This document shows, in pieces, positions 1-13,713 of a DNA stretch of 64,000 nt. The notes beneath the pieces were generated by a model. It was not told the DNA's origin and ran no database searches. It saw only the letters and a list, made by a program, of their open reading frames with translations. Positions within the stretch are counted from its first letter, which is position 1; each line of letters opens with the position of its first letter. This DNA is from Antedon mediterranea. Taxonomy: Eukaryota; Animalia; Echinodermata. Position numbers and translations under genes: made by a program. The stretch covers positions 33,610,437 to 33,674,436 of the forward strand of contig NC_092672.1 of assembly GCF_964355755.1 (NCBI RefSeq). The letters run 5' to 3'.

Positions 1-360
1 CGTAATTGTATTGCCATATGATGATTTATGCCCTGAAATTTATGAGCACCAAATTTTATTTAATTGTGATTCATGGTTGTGAAGATATGATTACAAACGT
101 GATTTCGTTAAATCATGCGTAGACCGCGTAATTTTTTATTGCGCACCGTAAAAACATAACCACATTGATTCCTGGCCATAAGGAATATACTGTGAAAAAT
201 TGACCTAGCTAGATTAAACTGATATCAAGATAAGGTCAGAAAGTGATAAAACGCATAGTGATACCGGACCGACAGACCGACAGACAGACAGACAGACCGA
301 CAGACAGACCGACCAACCGACCGACATAGTGAACTATAGAGTCGCTTCCACGCGACTAAA
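1..360 (-). mobile_element. Helentron-associated non-autonomous element (HINE/DINE-1-like), family A, copy 1, truncated by window start
   Basis: Near-identical to the right-hand part of 7004-7835. (GACA/GACC)n microsatellite and end hairpin AGTCGC-ttccac-GCGACT followed by an A-run. Confidence 0.75.
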
Positions 361-1985
361 AAGTGCTGTTCTCGAATTTCTCAGGAACTTAAGACACGCT
401 GATCTTTTGCGCTTTAGGCCTAATTAAACAAATATTGAAATGAAAACGAATATCGGATTGGTAGACTATACGTACCGATAGAGGTTCATCATCCATGTAA
501 GTTTATAAATCAAATAAAAAATAAATAAAAATTGCCTGTTACGATTTATCTGGCGGGTATTTCAACGACCAACAACATTTTTTTTCCGTTGTTAAGAATA
601 TTATTCAACTGTAGTGTCAAATATTCTGTTGAAACCACTCACCATACTTATCTATACCAAGCACGTTTTATAATCTTCTTATCTAATACATGATCAGAAT
701 TGCTAATATTTTAAAGACGTCATCAACATTATATAATATAAATTATATGTTAAAAGAACGTTAAAAAACGGACCATAAAATGTGAAAACGTATTAAACTC
801 CAAGTCATTCACTTTATACGCTGAAACGTGACAACGATCGGGTGTTCGAAACGTTCCTTCATAAGTTTTTACTATGAAGCGGCTATGACGTCTTTTTATA
901 TGTAATTTCATAACTATAAAACATTTAATATCACTATCAATCCGGGTGAAAAGTTTACAATATAGTGCTATTCCTTTACAATCAATCACTTTAAAAGTCG
1001 TTCTGATTTTAGATATTTGGATATCGTACACAAACATGAATTTTTTTGATAATATACGGGATGTACTATGTGTAAAACCTTCATTTTTACTTTCCTTATA
1101 TCATGAGACTATCTCTTTAAAACAGCAAAACATTAAGATTTATCTGACTTGTTTTGAGGAGGAGATTGTCGCTCCTCTGAATCTTCGATGAACTTTGATG
1201 AGGAGCTAAAAAGCGACGCATTAAATATAAGCATATTATTATAATTGACTTGCCAAAAATAGGCTGGGTGTTGCAGCCATCAATTTACCTCGAAATATGG
1301 GCTAATGTGCACCCTAAATAGGTTTGGGGTTTATGCGAAACAGCCCAGTATGTGGAGTATGGAAGACGGGGGTGAGGTTGTCGGGACATGGTCGTATCGC
1401 AGCCAGAGATAAAAAAAAATGATCTCTGAAGAGCAATATCCTGTCGTTACATTAGACTTTGGCTAAGAGAGACTGCTTTATCTAAGCAAGATACACATAC
1501 TTGTTGGAAAGATGTAAACTGCACTTAATTAATCAATTGGGTACTTTGATTAATTACAATGCGTCGTGGAACTTAACCACGAACTTACCACTAAGTAGTG
1601 AATACTGATATTAATGTTTGTTCAGTAGCACATTCATCATAATTATGCTATCTGTCTGATATGAACTTGCTGACTTTGAGTAACTTTTAAAACAGTACAG
1701 TGACTGACATCAATGTTTTCTGGAACATTTTGCATGTTTCTAAAAAGAAATGGAAAAACAGTAAAATGGAAAAGTTACCAACGAAACATCAGCAATGATT
1801 ATTCATGTGTTAAATTTGCTTAGCTAAAAAATAACTTGTTATTTTAAGTCAATGATTTTGCTTATAGGTCAGTTTTAGAAATATTCTGAGCAAATTGTGT
1901 GCATATTTTTCCTTAAATATTAGGAACAAAAAAGTTCTTGCAAAATCTCTCTCGTTTGACTTCTTGACTATTAAACTATTTTAAT

Positions 1986-2756
1986 AACAAGGCCAACAGC
2001 CATTAAGTCGCGTGCTACAATGCATAGTGATACCGGACCGACAGACAAACAGACCGACAGACAGACAGACCGACAGACAGACGGACCGACCGACATAGTG
2101 AACTATACTGACCGAAATTACTGAACATGTTTAAAAATGTTGAAATGTTTAAAAACATTTATATTTTTTTAATTTACACGTGCGTAGCCTGTCACTTTTG
2201 ACGTGCTCGTATAACGTAATTTCGAGTTGAAAAGTAAGTCAAGAAAACAGAAATCGGGCAAAAAGAGTGCGCAATAACATTTAACGCGCAGTGCGCGCGC
2301 AAAAATCTGCGCACTCATGGCAATTTTGTAAACGCTTAAAATGGCCTGAAACGTACTCTTAGGCTATTTCATCGAAAATAAATTTTGAAAATTTTAAGCG
2401 CGCGTACGCATGCGTTACATGCGCTACGCACGTAATTGTATTGCCATATGATGATTTATGCCCTGAAATTTATGAGTACCAAATTTTATTTAATTGTGAT
2501 TCATGGTTGTTAAGATATGATTACAAACGTGATTTCGTTAAATCGTGCGTAGACCGCGTAATGTTTTATTGCGCACCGTGAAAACATAACCACATCGATT
2601 CCTGGCCATAAGGAATATTCTGTGAAAAATTGACTTAGCTAGATTAAACTGATATCAAGATAAGGTCATAAAGCGATAAAACGCATAGTGATACCGGACC
2701 GACAGACAGACAGACAGACCGACAGACAGACCGATAGACAGACCGACCGACCGACA
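1986..2756 (-). mobile_element. HINE family A, copy 2 (right end missing)
   Basis: Begins aacaaGGCcaacaGCC attaAGTCGCGTG, high identity to 7004-7835, and breaks off within the second microsatellite block. Confidence 0.75.
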
Positions 2757-2910
2757 AGCGTAAGTGGACAATATGTAATGTTAATGTTAGTGCAGTGTCG
2801 ATATTTTTAGGCCTATAGTGCTTTTTTAAAGGATAAAACTATCAACAGATTGTCCCAAAGCCCTTAAAATAAAAAATAAGATTGAAAAAGAAGATGTAGC
2901 GTACATTGTC

Positions 2911-3300
2911 AAAGATGTATTGTCCCGCTGAAAAAAAATAGTTCTTAAAAATCTTGTTGTTGAATATGCCATTTTAATGTCGCTTAATATTTATCCACTT
3001 AGGTTAAATTTATTTACCTAAAAACTGTAATTTAAAGCAAAAAATAGTCAAATTGGCTGCCAGGCAAGGGGTTTTTTGGTAGACTTGGTAAAACATAAAA
3101 ACAGATTTTTGGTTGTATATTAATAGAAAAAGTAAGATATACATTCCATAGGAGCAAACTTAATAGCTATCTAATGAATATAAAAAATATATATAATATA
3201 ATTTGTATTTTTAAAAGAAAGTAAGTATTTTTTAAAGAAAGTAAGGTTGGCGATAATTATGTTTAAGTAAAATTATTCCATAAAAAGGGTCCGTTAACAA
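2911..3300. mobile_element. Partial Kolobok-like MITE (family F)
   Basis: aaagatgtattgtccc terminus plus internal similarity (aattggctgccag) to 10426-10759. The other end is not clear. Confidence 0.4.
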
Positions 3301-3449
3301 TTTTAAAAATGTCATGAGAGCAGTAGAATACTCTTTGTAAATATAAAAAAATGCATATATCGTCTTGTTTCTGTAATTACATATATCTAATAAACCTTAA
3401 TTGTTGGTCAACATTAAATGTATTAATAAACTCAACCTATATTAGCATA

Positions 3450-3890
3450 CGCCCACGAAATTATCTTGGTTTGTACATTTGAAAATGTCAATCCCGCATG
3501 TGTTTAAATTACAGAGCCGCTTTGTTGTGTATTCATCATTCAATTTGAAAACAAAATCGAGGCATTTACCTTCAGGGTCAAACCATCTAGGCCTAGCTTA
3601 GGATAATTAATTGATATACAAAATCATTACACCCAATCACTATCTTCATCTCCATGCGGAATATCATTTGAATACTAGAACAAGTCACACATCTACACAT
3701 AATCAAACATCGTATACTCTATATCTAACAATATTTCAATCTCCTATCGACTAAAGCCGAAGTATAGTCGTTTTCTCGGGACCTTTCTATGGCCACCACC
3801 ATATAGACTTACTTCATCAAGGCTTCTATGAATGGATGACGAGTTGGGAGCAGGAACGCTTAGACCAAACCCAGTACCGTTTTGATTACG
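3450..3890 (+). pseudogene. Highly decayed retroelement (Penelope-like) reverse transcriptase C-terminal remnant
   Basis: Conceptual peptides ENKIEAFTFRV and FYGHHHIDL resemble the DKRDDFxF and KFYGRHxDL motifs of Penelope-like RTs. Many stops and frameshifts. Confidence 0.3.
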
Positions 3891-4305
3891 ATCAATCGGG
3901 AAATTACCTCACGACTGTATTAAGGTTAGTTGAGTATCTCACTCAAACGTCCATTCGATGTTTGCTTTATACAGAAAAAAAAAACAAATAAACAAACTTA
4001 AAAAAAGTTTGAGTCTAAACCGCCAAAACAAAATTTAAAAAAAATAATATAAAGGTCATGATCTTTTGTTTTTGTCTTTTATGGGTTCTTCCCACTTTTA
4101 TTTCTCCAAAATAGTCCATGAATAAATATTGCAGTTATTGCACAATATTTAGTGTACGTTACATCGTGGAAGAGTGTAATGGGTACACATTTTTTTTTCT
4201 AAAAAGGATAAGGTATATTCTTCTTTCTTGGAGATCCAAGAAACATTTATTATATATGGCCTTTGGCCCAAATAATATACAATGTAATACAATATTAAAT
4301 AAATA

Positions 4306-5075
4306 TCAGTTGAGTGCGTTTAAAAATTCTGTTCTACGTTTAAATGAAAAAATTAAATATTTTCCAAGTTTAACAATAAGATCAGTATTTGTGGCAGACA
4401 TAAGATAAATATATTTTAATTTAGTTGGGTTGTTTGTATAAAAGGAAAACATATATTTAGTTCTAATATCTGAGTAAAATGGACAAACTAAAGTGAAATG
4501 ATTCATCTTCAATTGATTGTAAAGCACATAATTTGCATAATCTTTCATTTCTATTTATACAATTCCATCTTCCTTTTTCAATTTCTAATTCTAAAATTCC
4601 TAGTCTTATCTTAGTCATAATTTGTCTATGTTTGTAATTTGTTACTTTAGTTAGATATTCTTCAATTCCAAAATTATATTTAATGTGCTTGTAATATTGG
4701 AGCTTAAAGTGTAGCCTAGTATCTTCGTCGAATTTCTGTCGTTCAATGTCTGTAAGCCTTTGTTTAAAATTTGAAATAAAAGTATATATATTATTAACCT
4801 GTTGTGAGTACCCTATGTTACCAAATCCATTTATGCATAGTATTTTGTTTTACGTCATTGGCCCAACATTGCTCATTTCTTTGAGCTTTTCTATATTGAA
4901 AATCATAACATTGTTTAATAAATTTGTCATTATCCATTTGGATTACTCTTAGCCAGTAACGAATTATATTAATGATAATTTGAATTTGGATAGTAAATCT
5001 TCCACATTCTCCTCTCACTGCAACACTTGGTGCAGAATTACCTATTCCTAGAATGTATTTACAGAATCTTAGATA
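4306..5075 (-). pseudogene. Non-LTR retrotransposon (LINE, RTE-X/L2-like) ORF2 3' fragment
   Basis: Frameshifted peptides KYILGIGNSAPSVAVRGECGR, IRYWLRV, FKQRL, KIRLGILELEIEKGR, YSDIRTKY and LGKYL are typical of LINE ORF2 C-termini. Confidence 0.7.
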
Positions 5076-5240
5076 TATAAAAACAACAGTTTATCATAAA
5101 AACGTTATCATAAAAACACTTTACACAAAACAAAGACTTGAAAGGCATGTTATTGGATAGTGAATCTTGAACACCCTCGCGAGGCCTCGGCTTTGTACGT
5201 AAAAACATCAATTTGGTTAAGTTAAGATCAAGTTGATGTA

Positions 5241-5280
5241 TATACTGATGAAGGGCTAGTCTTGCCCGAAAGTTCTACTA
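5241..5280 (+). ncRNA. Minimal type I hammerhead ribozyme motif (Penelope-like element associated), somewhat degenerate
   Basis: CTGATGA(5245)-a-GGGC tagtctt GCCC-GAAA-gt-TC, with a short stem I (ta/ta). Confidence 0.6.
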
Positions 5281-5500
5281 AGTTTTCTTGCTGTTTTTGA
5301 CTTTATCGTTTTGATTTAGCTTTTCGTTTTTTTCGTATCTCCTTTGAGATCCAGCTATTGATATACCCACAGCATTGTCAATTTTCCGGTAATTTGCCTT
5401 TGGATGTACATATATACTGAAATGACAATGCTGTTGGTATCAGTGGCTGGATCTCAATAGAGGTACAAAAAAGCGAAAAGCTAAATCGAAACGATCAAGT
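5241..5500. mobile_element. Penelope-like terminal repeat fragment with inverted partial copy
   Basis: About 5300-5385 is inverted at about 5420-5500. The same sequence occurs at 45152-45283 and carries the hammerhead motif. Confidence 0.55.
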
Positions 5501-5514
5501 AAATCTTTAATTAG

Positions 5515-5628
5515 CAAGGCCATATACATGGCTTCACTCGCGTGCTCAAGTTGGTGTTTACCGACTAACCGGCCGACCAACCGACCAACATAGTGAGCTG
5601 TAGAGTCGCGTTGCATGCACGCGACTAA
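5515..5628 (-). mobile_element. Short HINE, subfamily B (~115 bp)
   Basis: aaggccatatacatggc...(ccga)n...agagtcgcgttgcatgcacgcgactaa has the same end architecture as family A. Confidence 0.6.
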
Positions 5629-7003
5629 CAATCGAGTTATAATAAACTATTTAGAAGCAGAATAATGTTACAATCCACATTAATGTGAGTGTTTCAGTCA
5701 GCAGATACGTTTATTGTCGGTAGACATGATATGTTAATACATGTGGTAAAGTAAACCAAAATATGCCTCTCTGTTTAGAAATTGAAAAAAATTGTATACA
5801 CATTTATTCAAAAATTACCTCACGTATCTATCGTTCATTTCTACTGGAAATTAATGAATTGCACGTTGGAAAACAGCTTAATTAAGGTAAAGCGTGACAG
5901 AAAGTTCGAAATCAAACATTCCGAAATTCTATGAGTAATTTGCAATCGTATCCAGATCACTTTAAAATATTGATGAATTCCAAAAGGGTATATAGATCTT
6001 GCGGAGGCGAATTAACATGAACATTTATCTATTTTAAATTTACGATTAATTCTGATGTGCACACATAAAAATTCCACAACCAACATTTAAAGCGAAATTT
6101 TATCATCTGTATGTACGTTTAATTATAAAAGATGTGGATATGAGCAGAACACATTTTACGTTGCGTTTTACTGGCATACTTTGTATATCAACATATATAC
6201 AATGTATCATATCATCTTTAATACAATATCACAATGTATCACATGTGACGCCTCTATTATGTTAATGTTAGGCTAGGTTAGGCTTATGGTCTATGACACA
6301 GTGTGATAATGTGAGACTCCATTTGCCTATCATACAGTACAGTAGCGAGATTCGTCTTCTTAAAGAAATATTTTCTGGAAACAAATTCATTAGGCCTATT
6401 AGGATCTTTGTTTACGTTCCTTTAATTTAAATCATAGGCCTAATAGTAATACTTATTTATGGCATTGCCACAGCATGTAGGCCTACACAAGTCTAGCCCT
6501 TTCTTATACGAAGTTACATACAAGATCTCTATGTTATGTTGAACGACTGTAAGAATGGCTCAACGTCCATGTTTTTCGCGTTTCCGTTGTAATCGTTTGT
6601 TTTAATAGCACGTAGCACCTGTTCTCTGGCATTATGTCGATGTGTATTGATTACGTCTTCTATTATACTTTTTAATTATTACCCTCAACCTCCAAAGGAA
6701 AATGCACATTTCGGGATAGTCTTAAACTTGTGTTCTAGCTGCCTGTCAATATATGATTATTTTTTGAATGTCAACTTTAGTGTTGTTTTGATTCATGGTC
6801 TAATATAGAATGTTTATGCTTACGTTGACAACAAGTCCAAGCAGCTGAAGTATTTATTATTCAACATGTAAATTAATGAGTTGTTTGTTAGTATTCATTA
6901 GCGAGTTGCCTGCTTTATATTTACTCGCCATTACGCAGCGTATCAACAACGTCTGAAGCAGCTCAGCTATGAAAGAAGAAATACACGTACAGAAATGAGT
7001 AAA

Positions 7004-7835
7004 AACAAGGCCAACAGCCATTAAGTCGCGTGCTACAATGCATAGTGATACCGGACCGACAGACCGACAGACCGACAGACAGACAGACAGACCGACCGAC
7101 CGACATAGTGAACTATACTGACCGAAATTACTGAACATGTTTAAAAATGTTGAAATGTTTAAAAACATTTATATTTTTTTAATTTACACGTGCGTAGCCT
7201 GTCACTTTCGACGTGCTCGTATAACGTAATTTCGAGTTGAAAAGTAAGTCAAGAAAACAGAAATCGGGCAAAAAGAGTGCGCAATAACATTTAACGCGCA
7301 GTGCGCGCGCAAAAATGTGCGCACTCATGGCAATTTTGTAAACGCTTAAAATTGCCTGAAATGTACTCTTATTTCATCGAAAATAAATTTTGAAAATTTT
7401 ATGCGCGCGTACGCATGCGTTACATGCACTACGCACGTAATTGTATTGCCATATGATGATTTATGCCCTGAAATTTATGAGTACCAAATTTTATTTAATT
7501 GTGATTCATGGTTGTGAAGATATGATTACAAACGTGATTTCGTTAAATCGTGCGTAGACCGCGTAATTTTTTATTGCGCACCGTGAAAACATAACCACAT
7601 TGATTCCTGGCCATGAGGAATATACTGTGAAAAATTGACCTAGCTAGATTAAACTGATATCAAGATAAGGTCAGAAAGCGATAAAACGCATAGTGATACC
7701 GGACCGACAGACAGACAGACCGACAGACAGACAGACAGACAGACAGACCGACAGACAGACCGACAGACAGACAGACAGACAGACCGACCAACCGACCGAC
7801 ATAGAGAACTATAGAGTCGCTTCCACGCGACTAAA
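7004..7835 (-). mobile_element. HINE family A, full-length copy 3 (~830 bp)
   Basis: Sub-terminal inverted repeat AGTCGCGTG/CACGCGACT, a hairpin at one end, a small GGC..GCC stem-loop at the other, a GTCY-type microsatellite, and insertion in an A/T-run without a TSD. This is the Helentron/DINE-1 architecture. Confidence 0.8.
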
Positions 7836-8908
7836 AATGCACAACGTAGGTTACGCTTCCAATCCAATCACAAATTCACAACTTGACGGTAAGTAAAACC
7901 AATGTAGGCCTAGATGGCGTGTGGTACACACCATTTGCATTTCCCTCTTTAATTCGTCCTCCTCGTCGCAGGTCACGCGTACTGTTTAGTGATTGACGTA
8001 GGCTTATCACAAGCGACTACAACACAACAACACCTATTTCACTAGAAAATGAAACACTCGATATTAAAGCGTCGTGCAGACGCCTAGCGTGGGAAATTTT
8101 TTAACCAGGCTTGTAAGTGCACAGTTCATGACGGACGAATCATATACGTTATATCCATGGGCTGTTATCTTTCTAATATAGCCTATTGAGTCATTATAGC
8201 ACTGGCCTCAAATTAAGGTGGAGTGTAAGGAAGCTGTTTGAAGGCAGTAACTGGGTCAAATGTCAATAAAACATGAACATCTGTAATAATAAAAAACCTG
8301 TTTGTTATACCTCTCCTGTGGCGGACACTTTTATGTGCGCTTAACTACACAAAGGGGAAATTCCTCCCCCTGCACGGAGTGTCTCACCGGAGGTGCTAAC
8401 CGGTCGTGATTTTACCATATTCAAAATCAATCAAATCAAAATCTACAAACTTGTTTTAAAGGCATCTGAAATTATATTGATTCCAACAAATTTACGAGTG
8501 CTAGCGGTTCTGGCGTTTATCTTTTTGGGAAGAATTCGGCGCATTATAAATACGAATTGATTGATTGATATTATTATGTCTTTTTTCCTCAATGTTAACT
8601 GTATCCAAACTGACAAGCACCCGCTTCTGTTGGTACTATGGCACATTGTAATTGTGAATTGTGTAAATAAAAGTATTTAAAGTTAATATTGTAATTGTGT
8701 AGGGCTACAGTGGGTTTCTGTAAGTAGCTTTAAAATGACAAACATTCATTTTGTATTCGTCTCCTAACAATAATGTTCTCCGGTAATTACATCATTTACA
8801 TTCACATTTACTGCTAAAAGCAATCTTTGTAATGTCCCAAGTTTAACATTTAAAACGATGACTTCAACGACTCAGTGTCGTTAGTTTGAAGTAATTAACT
8901 GAGCATAT

Positions 8909-9175
8909 GGTAGCTGCGTGTGGCGCAGTGTGTTGGACTACGGTACGTGAGATTATGGGTCAATCCAACGCCGGCTCGTTGCTTTTATTCTTACACTACT
9001 TACATTTTCATTTAGCTAGATGTACAAATGCGTACCTGTAAGGTAAAGACACACAACTTTTAGCTGATTACTAACTGCATTACGTGTTTCATAAAAAATG
9101 ACCAGGGTAATAATATGTATAACGCTTGAGGTTTAACAACATTAGACGCTTTATAATCCATGGTATTTTATTATT
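8909..9175 (+). mobile_element. Degenerate tRNA-derived SINE
   Basis: A-box-like tggcgcagtg, degenerate B-box (gggtcaatcc), and an L2-like tail (cgcttgaggttt...agacgctttataa) that is also seen at about 45020-45065. Confidence 0.5.
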
Positions 9176-10425
9176 AGCGCACATCAGCTACCCTGAACTG
9201 AGATTTTAAAATGAGATATAATTCCTAGTTTTATCATGTTTCAAGAAATTATGTAATCTCCTTTTTTTTCAACTGACCAATATTTATGTATGCTTAGTAA
9301 AAGAAAAAAATTTTTTTTTTCCTAATTTTAACCTAATTTTTTACTTTGGTTTGTCTAAAGATTTATGATGCTCGATATGCTTTTCTGTTCATGTTTGATG
9401 TTTTCGAAAAGTTCACTTTTAATGCTTTTACCATTGATTCATTTTGTTCCCCAAATAATTAAAACTAATGTACTTCTTCCCGTCTCGTTAAATTTTTTTT
9501 TAACTTAACACTAAATTTGATTTCTCATAAAGTAACTTAGTAAAGATTTCTTTTCCACGACGCGCCACTCGACTACACAGCTGTCGGTCTTTTTGCGCAC
9601 GCTCAGAAAATTACCCCTCTTAGCATGACCCGTTTTACGATCATTGTTTGTAATGTTTAATATCTATAATGATTGACATTAGACAAAATGACATTCTTTT
9701 TCGAATTTTCTCTTTCTAATTTTTCAAGAGACAGATTTATAATATTAAACACAAATATTCTTTATTCAACGGCCAAATAAATGAATATGTAAATTCAATT
9801 TAAAGATTCAATTAATTTTTTTTTTTTTAAATGTAAATACAAATTCCTTTGAATTTCTTTTATCCAAAAAAACATAAATTTTAATGTAAAGTAATTATAA
9901 GAACCATCCACTCTATTACTTAATTATTTTTATGTGTTTTTAATACAATTTATTATACACGAGCTACACAAAGTGCTGAGTGGAGAATGAAGTTCGTGTA
10001 GTTTGAGTAAACCTGCGAGCGATATTTCTTTTCGTACATAAGTTGGGGAACCCTCATGAAACGTCAACAAATATACGAATATTCATTAGTCATATTCTTA
10101 AGGTGTGACGCGTCGTAATGAACTGTTTCAGTCTGCAGAAACATGGATTGGCGCGAATACATAGGCCTAAAGTGGAAACAGGCTTAAGTAACCGGATCGA
10201 ACAAATGGCATAAAAATGCTCGTAACATTATCTTAGCCTCTTAAGACCTAGATTACTGATGTAGGCCTACTTTAATGGTCGATGCCATAGGAAGCTGCCA
10301 GTCAATTGGATATAATATATAGGCCTAGATAGTCCGTCATCTTCTCCCGACACCGTGCCTCCCTTACACTATCGTCCCTACAAATTCTGAAAAAAACAAT
10401 TTTTGTTTATCTTACCATCATTTAA

Positions 10426-10759
10426 AGATGTATTGTCCTAAAAAAACATGAAAAATGAAGATTAATTAAATCATACTTTGAATATGTTATTTTGTAGTTT
10501 TAATAAAATTAATCACTTCCGTAGAAAAAAAATAATGGTTTCACTTATAAAATGACAAAATGGTTGAATTCAACCGAAATCCCATTGACTGGCAGCCAAT
10601 TTGTCAATTGTTTGCTTTAAATTAGTTTTTTTTTTCAAGTAAATACATTTTTTTTTTCGATCCAATTTTTGGTAAAAGTCGATAACCATTATGTTACATT
10701 GAAATGGCATATTAAAAAAAATGATGTTAACAATTATTTTTCAAGGGGACAATACATCT
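10426..10759. mobile_element. Kolobok-like non-autonomous DNA transposon (family F)
   Basis: TIR AGATGTATTGTCC/GGACAATACATCT, AG..CT termini, TTAA on the left and TTAT on the right. Confidence 0.6.
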
Positions 10760-11854
10760 TTATTCTAATGTGTTAAGCCGTTATTTCCCAGAAGAACTGT
10801 ATACGTTTGAGTAAATTAATATCCAACAAACATCTGCTTTTAAACACGTTACTTTTGTTTGTCTTGCGTGGGTTTCTCTTATTATTATATGTACATTTTA
10901 TTACAATTGAATATATAAGATTCTTACAGTGTTAAAAGTAGATAAAATACATGCATATTTACATAATAAGACTATTGATTTCAATATAAAACCAATATTT
11001 GCTTTCAATTACATTTTTAAAGAAGATGTTAATTAAATATTTAAAACAAACGTGGCAATAAAAGACGATAAACAGCGATTAAGATAAACGTCGCTATCTA
11101 AGCTCAGAGGAGGAATATAACATATCCTCTCTAATTTTCACCAAGACAAAATGGATGAGATGAAAAAAGAGGAATGCAAAAGTTAGAAAATTAGATATTT
11201 AGGATGATGCATTGGAATGATATTATATTTAATGAAATAATATTAATCTAAATCACCATCAATCAAATCTTTCATTTCTTTCCGAAAACCATCTTTCCCT
11301 GTAGACCATCGACCTCTCACAAAATTAATTAAATTTTATAATGTGTTTTACATTTTATCTTTCGAATCTGTTAATAACGAACGTGATATTTCTGCCAACG
11401 CGCTTGTACTATTCGAATTGTGGGAGTACTGCGCATGCTTACGAACCAATTGGCAGTGGTGGAGCCAAAATATTGTGAAATGAATTTAGATCCGAATTTG
11501 GATCCGAAATTGGATCCGAATTTGTATCTGCCTATAATTGGAATGTGGCACTCTCAATTACACCGATATATTTATTTCTGTTTCGTTGTAGGCCTAGACC
11601 TATCTACATGGCTTATTTTTCATTCTTGTTCTTGTGATTGATTGATTGATTTGGCTGGTGATCTGCTCTTAAAATCTAATCTGCCTGAATAAATACAAAT
11701 TTTAAATTTATAAACAAAAGTTTAAATACATCAGAAAGTATTGCAACATAAACTATACGAAACATAACCAGCGGTTTATTATGAAATACGCAGAATACAT
11801 AATAACATTCGCTTTAAGTTGTAGTTAGTGGAATGTATCAAAATGTTGCTCTAA

Positions 11855-12003
11855 AGCTCTGTCTACACTATAAAACGTTATGCCACAACCAAATGTGGTG
11901 TGCTTATATATGGACATGATCATGTCATATCTAGGCATATCACTACCATATTTGGGCACATCACACTTTTTTTTCAAACTAGTTTTATAGTGTAGACAGA
12001 GCT
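11855..12003. mobile_element. PIF/Harbinger (Tourist-like) MITE, family C
   Basis: TIR AGCTCTGTCTACACTAT with TAA on both sides. Sister copies at 16020-16181, 55824-55978 and 56249-56409. Confidence 0.8.
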
Positions 12004-12950
12004 TAACGCTCCTGCTTTATCTGATCTTAGGTGCGTCTAGAGTTGTAAATAATCACTTTATAAAGCCTTTCTAAACCATATTATGCGAGCCCTAAAACGT
12101 AAAATTACTTATTTATTACTCTAGCAGTTCGTCGTCTGATGAAAATATATCGAGCATCATTGGTCAAATTAAGGTCATGTGATGAAGAATGACAACGGCA
12201 GAAACTAATTTTTTTTATCGTTTTTAAATCAATATTTTTCTAAAATTACGGGATAGATTGGGAGAAAAATTTGGGTCAAGCATTCTTAATATTATTACAA
12301 ATCAACGAAAGTATGCTGAATAGGGAACGGGAAACAATCTTTTCAGCTTCAATCACCGTATGGTCTATATAAACGACCGCATGTTCGCCATTTCTCTCTA
12401 TTGAACATGTGCATTAAATTGAGTGTTTTTTGAGGTATGGTAAGTGACCATTTGGCGCCTGTGGCCCGCGAACTAGGACAAGTTAAGGACTATAAAATAA
12501 GACACATTGACATTCTTTCCGTATTCATCTCACGTAAAGTGAGCATCGACCTCTTTTGTACAATACCGGTATAGAACGATCCAGTATACTGTATAATAAT
12601 CATTCTATTTCTGTTGACACATAATTAAAGAAATGATAAAGCAGAAAACAACAGACTATAGCCAATTGTCAAAACACTATACACAAGCTGTGGCTGTCGC
12701 CTAGGCTTAAGAATCGAACAAAATAATTAACTTCAAAATTGAATTCAATCAAGCAAGAAAGAAATGTGTTTTAACATGACAACAACAACTTTTGAAGGAG
12801 GCAAAATGGCGTTTGTTTCTTTGTTCACGTCATGCCATATTGTAAGAAACAGTTTCACACGATTTAAATACCCGACAGTTTTGTAACGATAAAAGTGATA
12901 CGCGAATATTGTAGGACCGTTTGTACACTACGCACTGCAAGCAATGGACT

Positions 12951-13114
12951 CAGTGACGTAACAGCTACGTCTGGCTAAACTCAGGGACCCGGGTCTTATG
13001 GGGCTCCTGGGCAGTGTCCAGAGGAAAAACAGGCATTAAAATAATGTCGAAAAAGGTAAAAAACACCCGAGGCCTCCATCGTTGGAGGCCTCATGCCTCT
13101 GCGTTACGCCACTG
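12951..13114. mobile_element. hAT-type MITE
   Basis: TIR CAGTG(A/G)CGTAAC and a perfect 8-bp TSD AATGGACT (12943-12950 and 13115-13122). Confidence 0.85.
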
Positions 13115-13713
13115 AATGGACTGGCATAGCGTATGCGTTTTTTAAGCACATGTAGTAGGTTAGCACATGCCTATCCTACACATTCGAAATCACAAACACA
13201 TAAAACATAACATTAATTAATTGTACATATAGGCATTTTGCTATCTTTTTAAATTTATATTTTTGATCAAAATTACATTGCACATAGGCCTACAACAAGT
13301 AAAAAGTTAATAAAATAAAATAAAAACAATAAAACAATGTTACAAAATCGTTAAAAATTCATAAATATACAAAATCGGTAAAGAGTTATTTTGATCATTG
13401 TGATTTTGATATTTTTTTTATTCTCTGAGTGGGTAATGAACTTCTTTTAAAATAATACAATAGAGATACTCTAAATTCTGTTTGTAGCTACGTGGGCCCG
13501 TACACGTGTTTCATGATGCGCCAAATAGAGCAAGACTATAGAAAATATTGCAAACGTAAATAAACTTTTCAGGCAGTGTACTACAGACTCATCGCAGCCG
13601 TGCAATATAATTTGAAAAATAGGTTTTATGACAAGTTAGTTAGGATTTGACATGCATTATGTGGAAAACAAAAACATACCAAACTGTCATCAGCGCTTCT
13701 CCGACATGAATCC

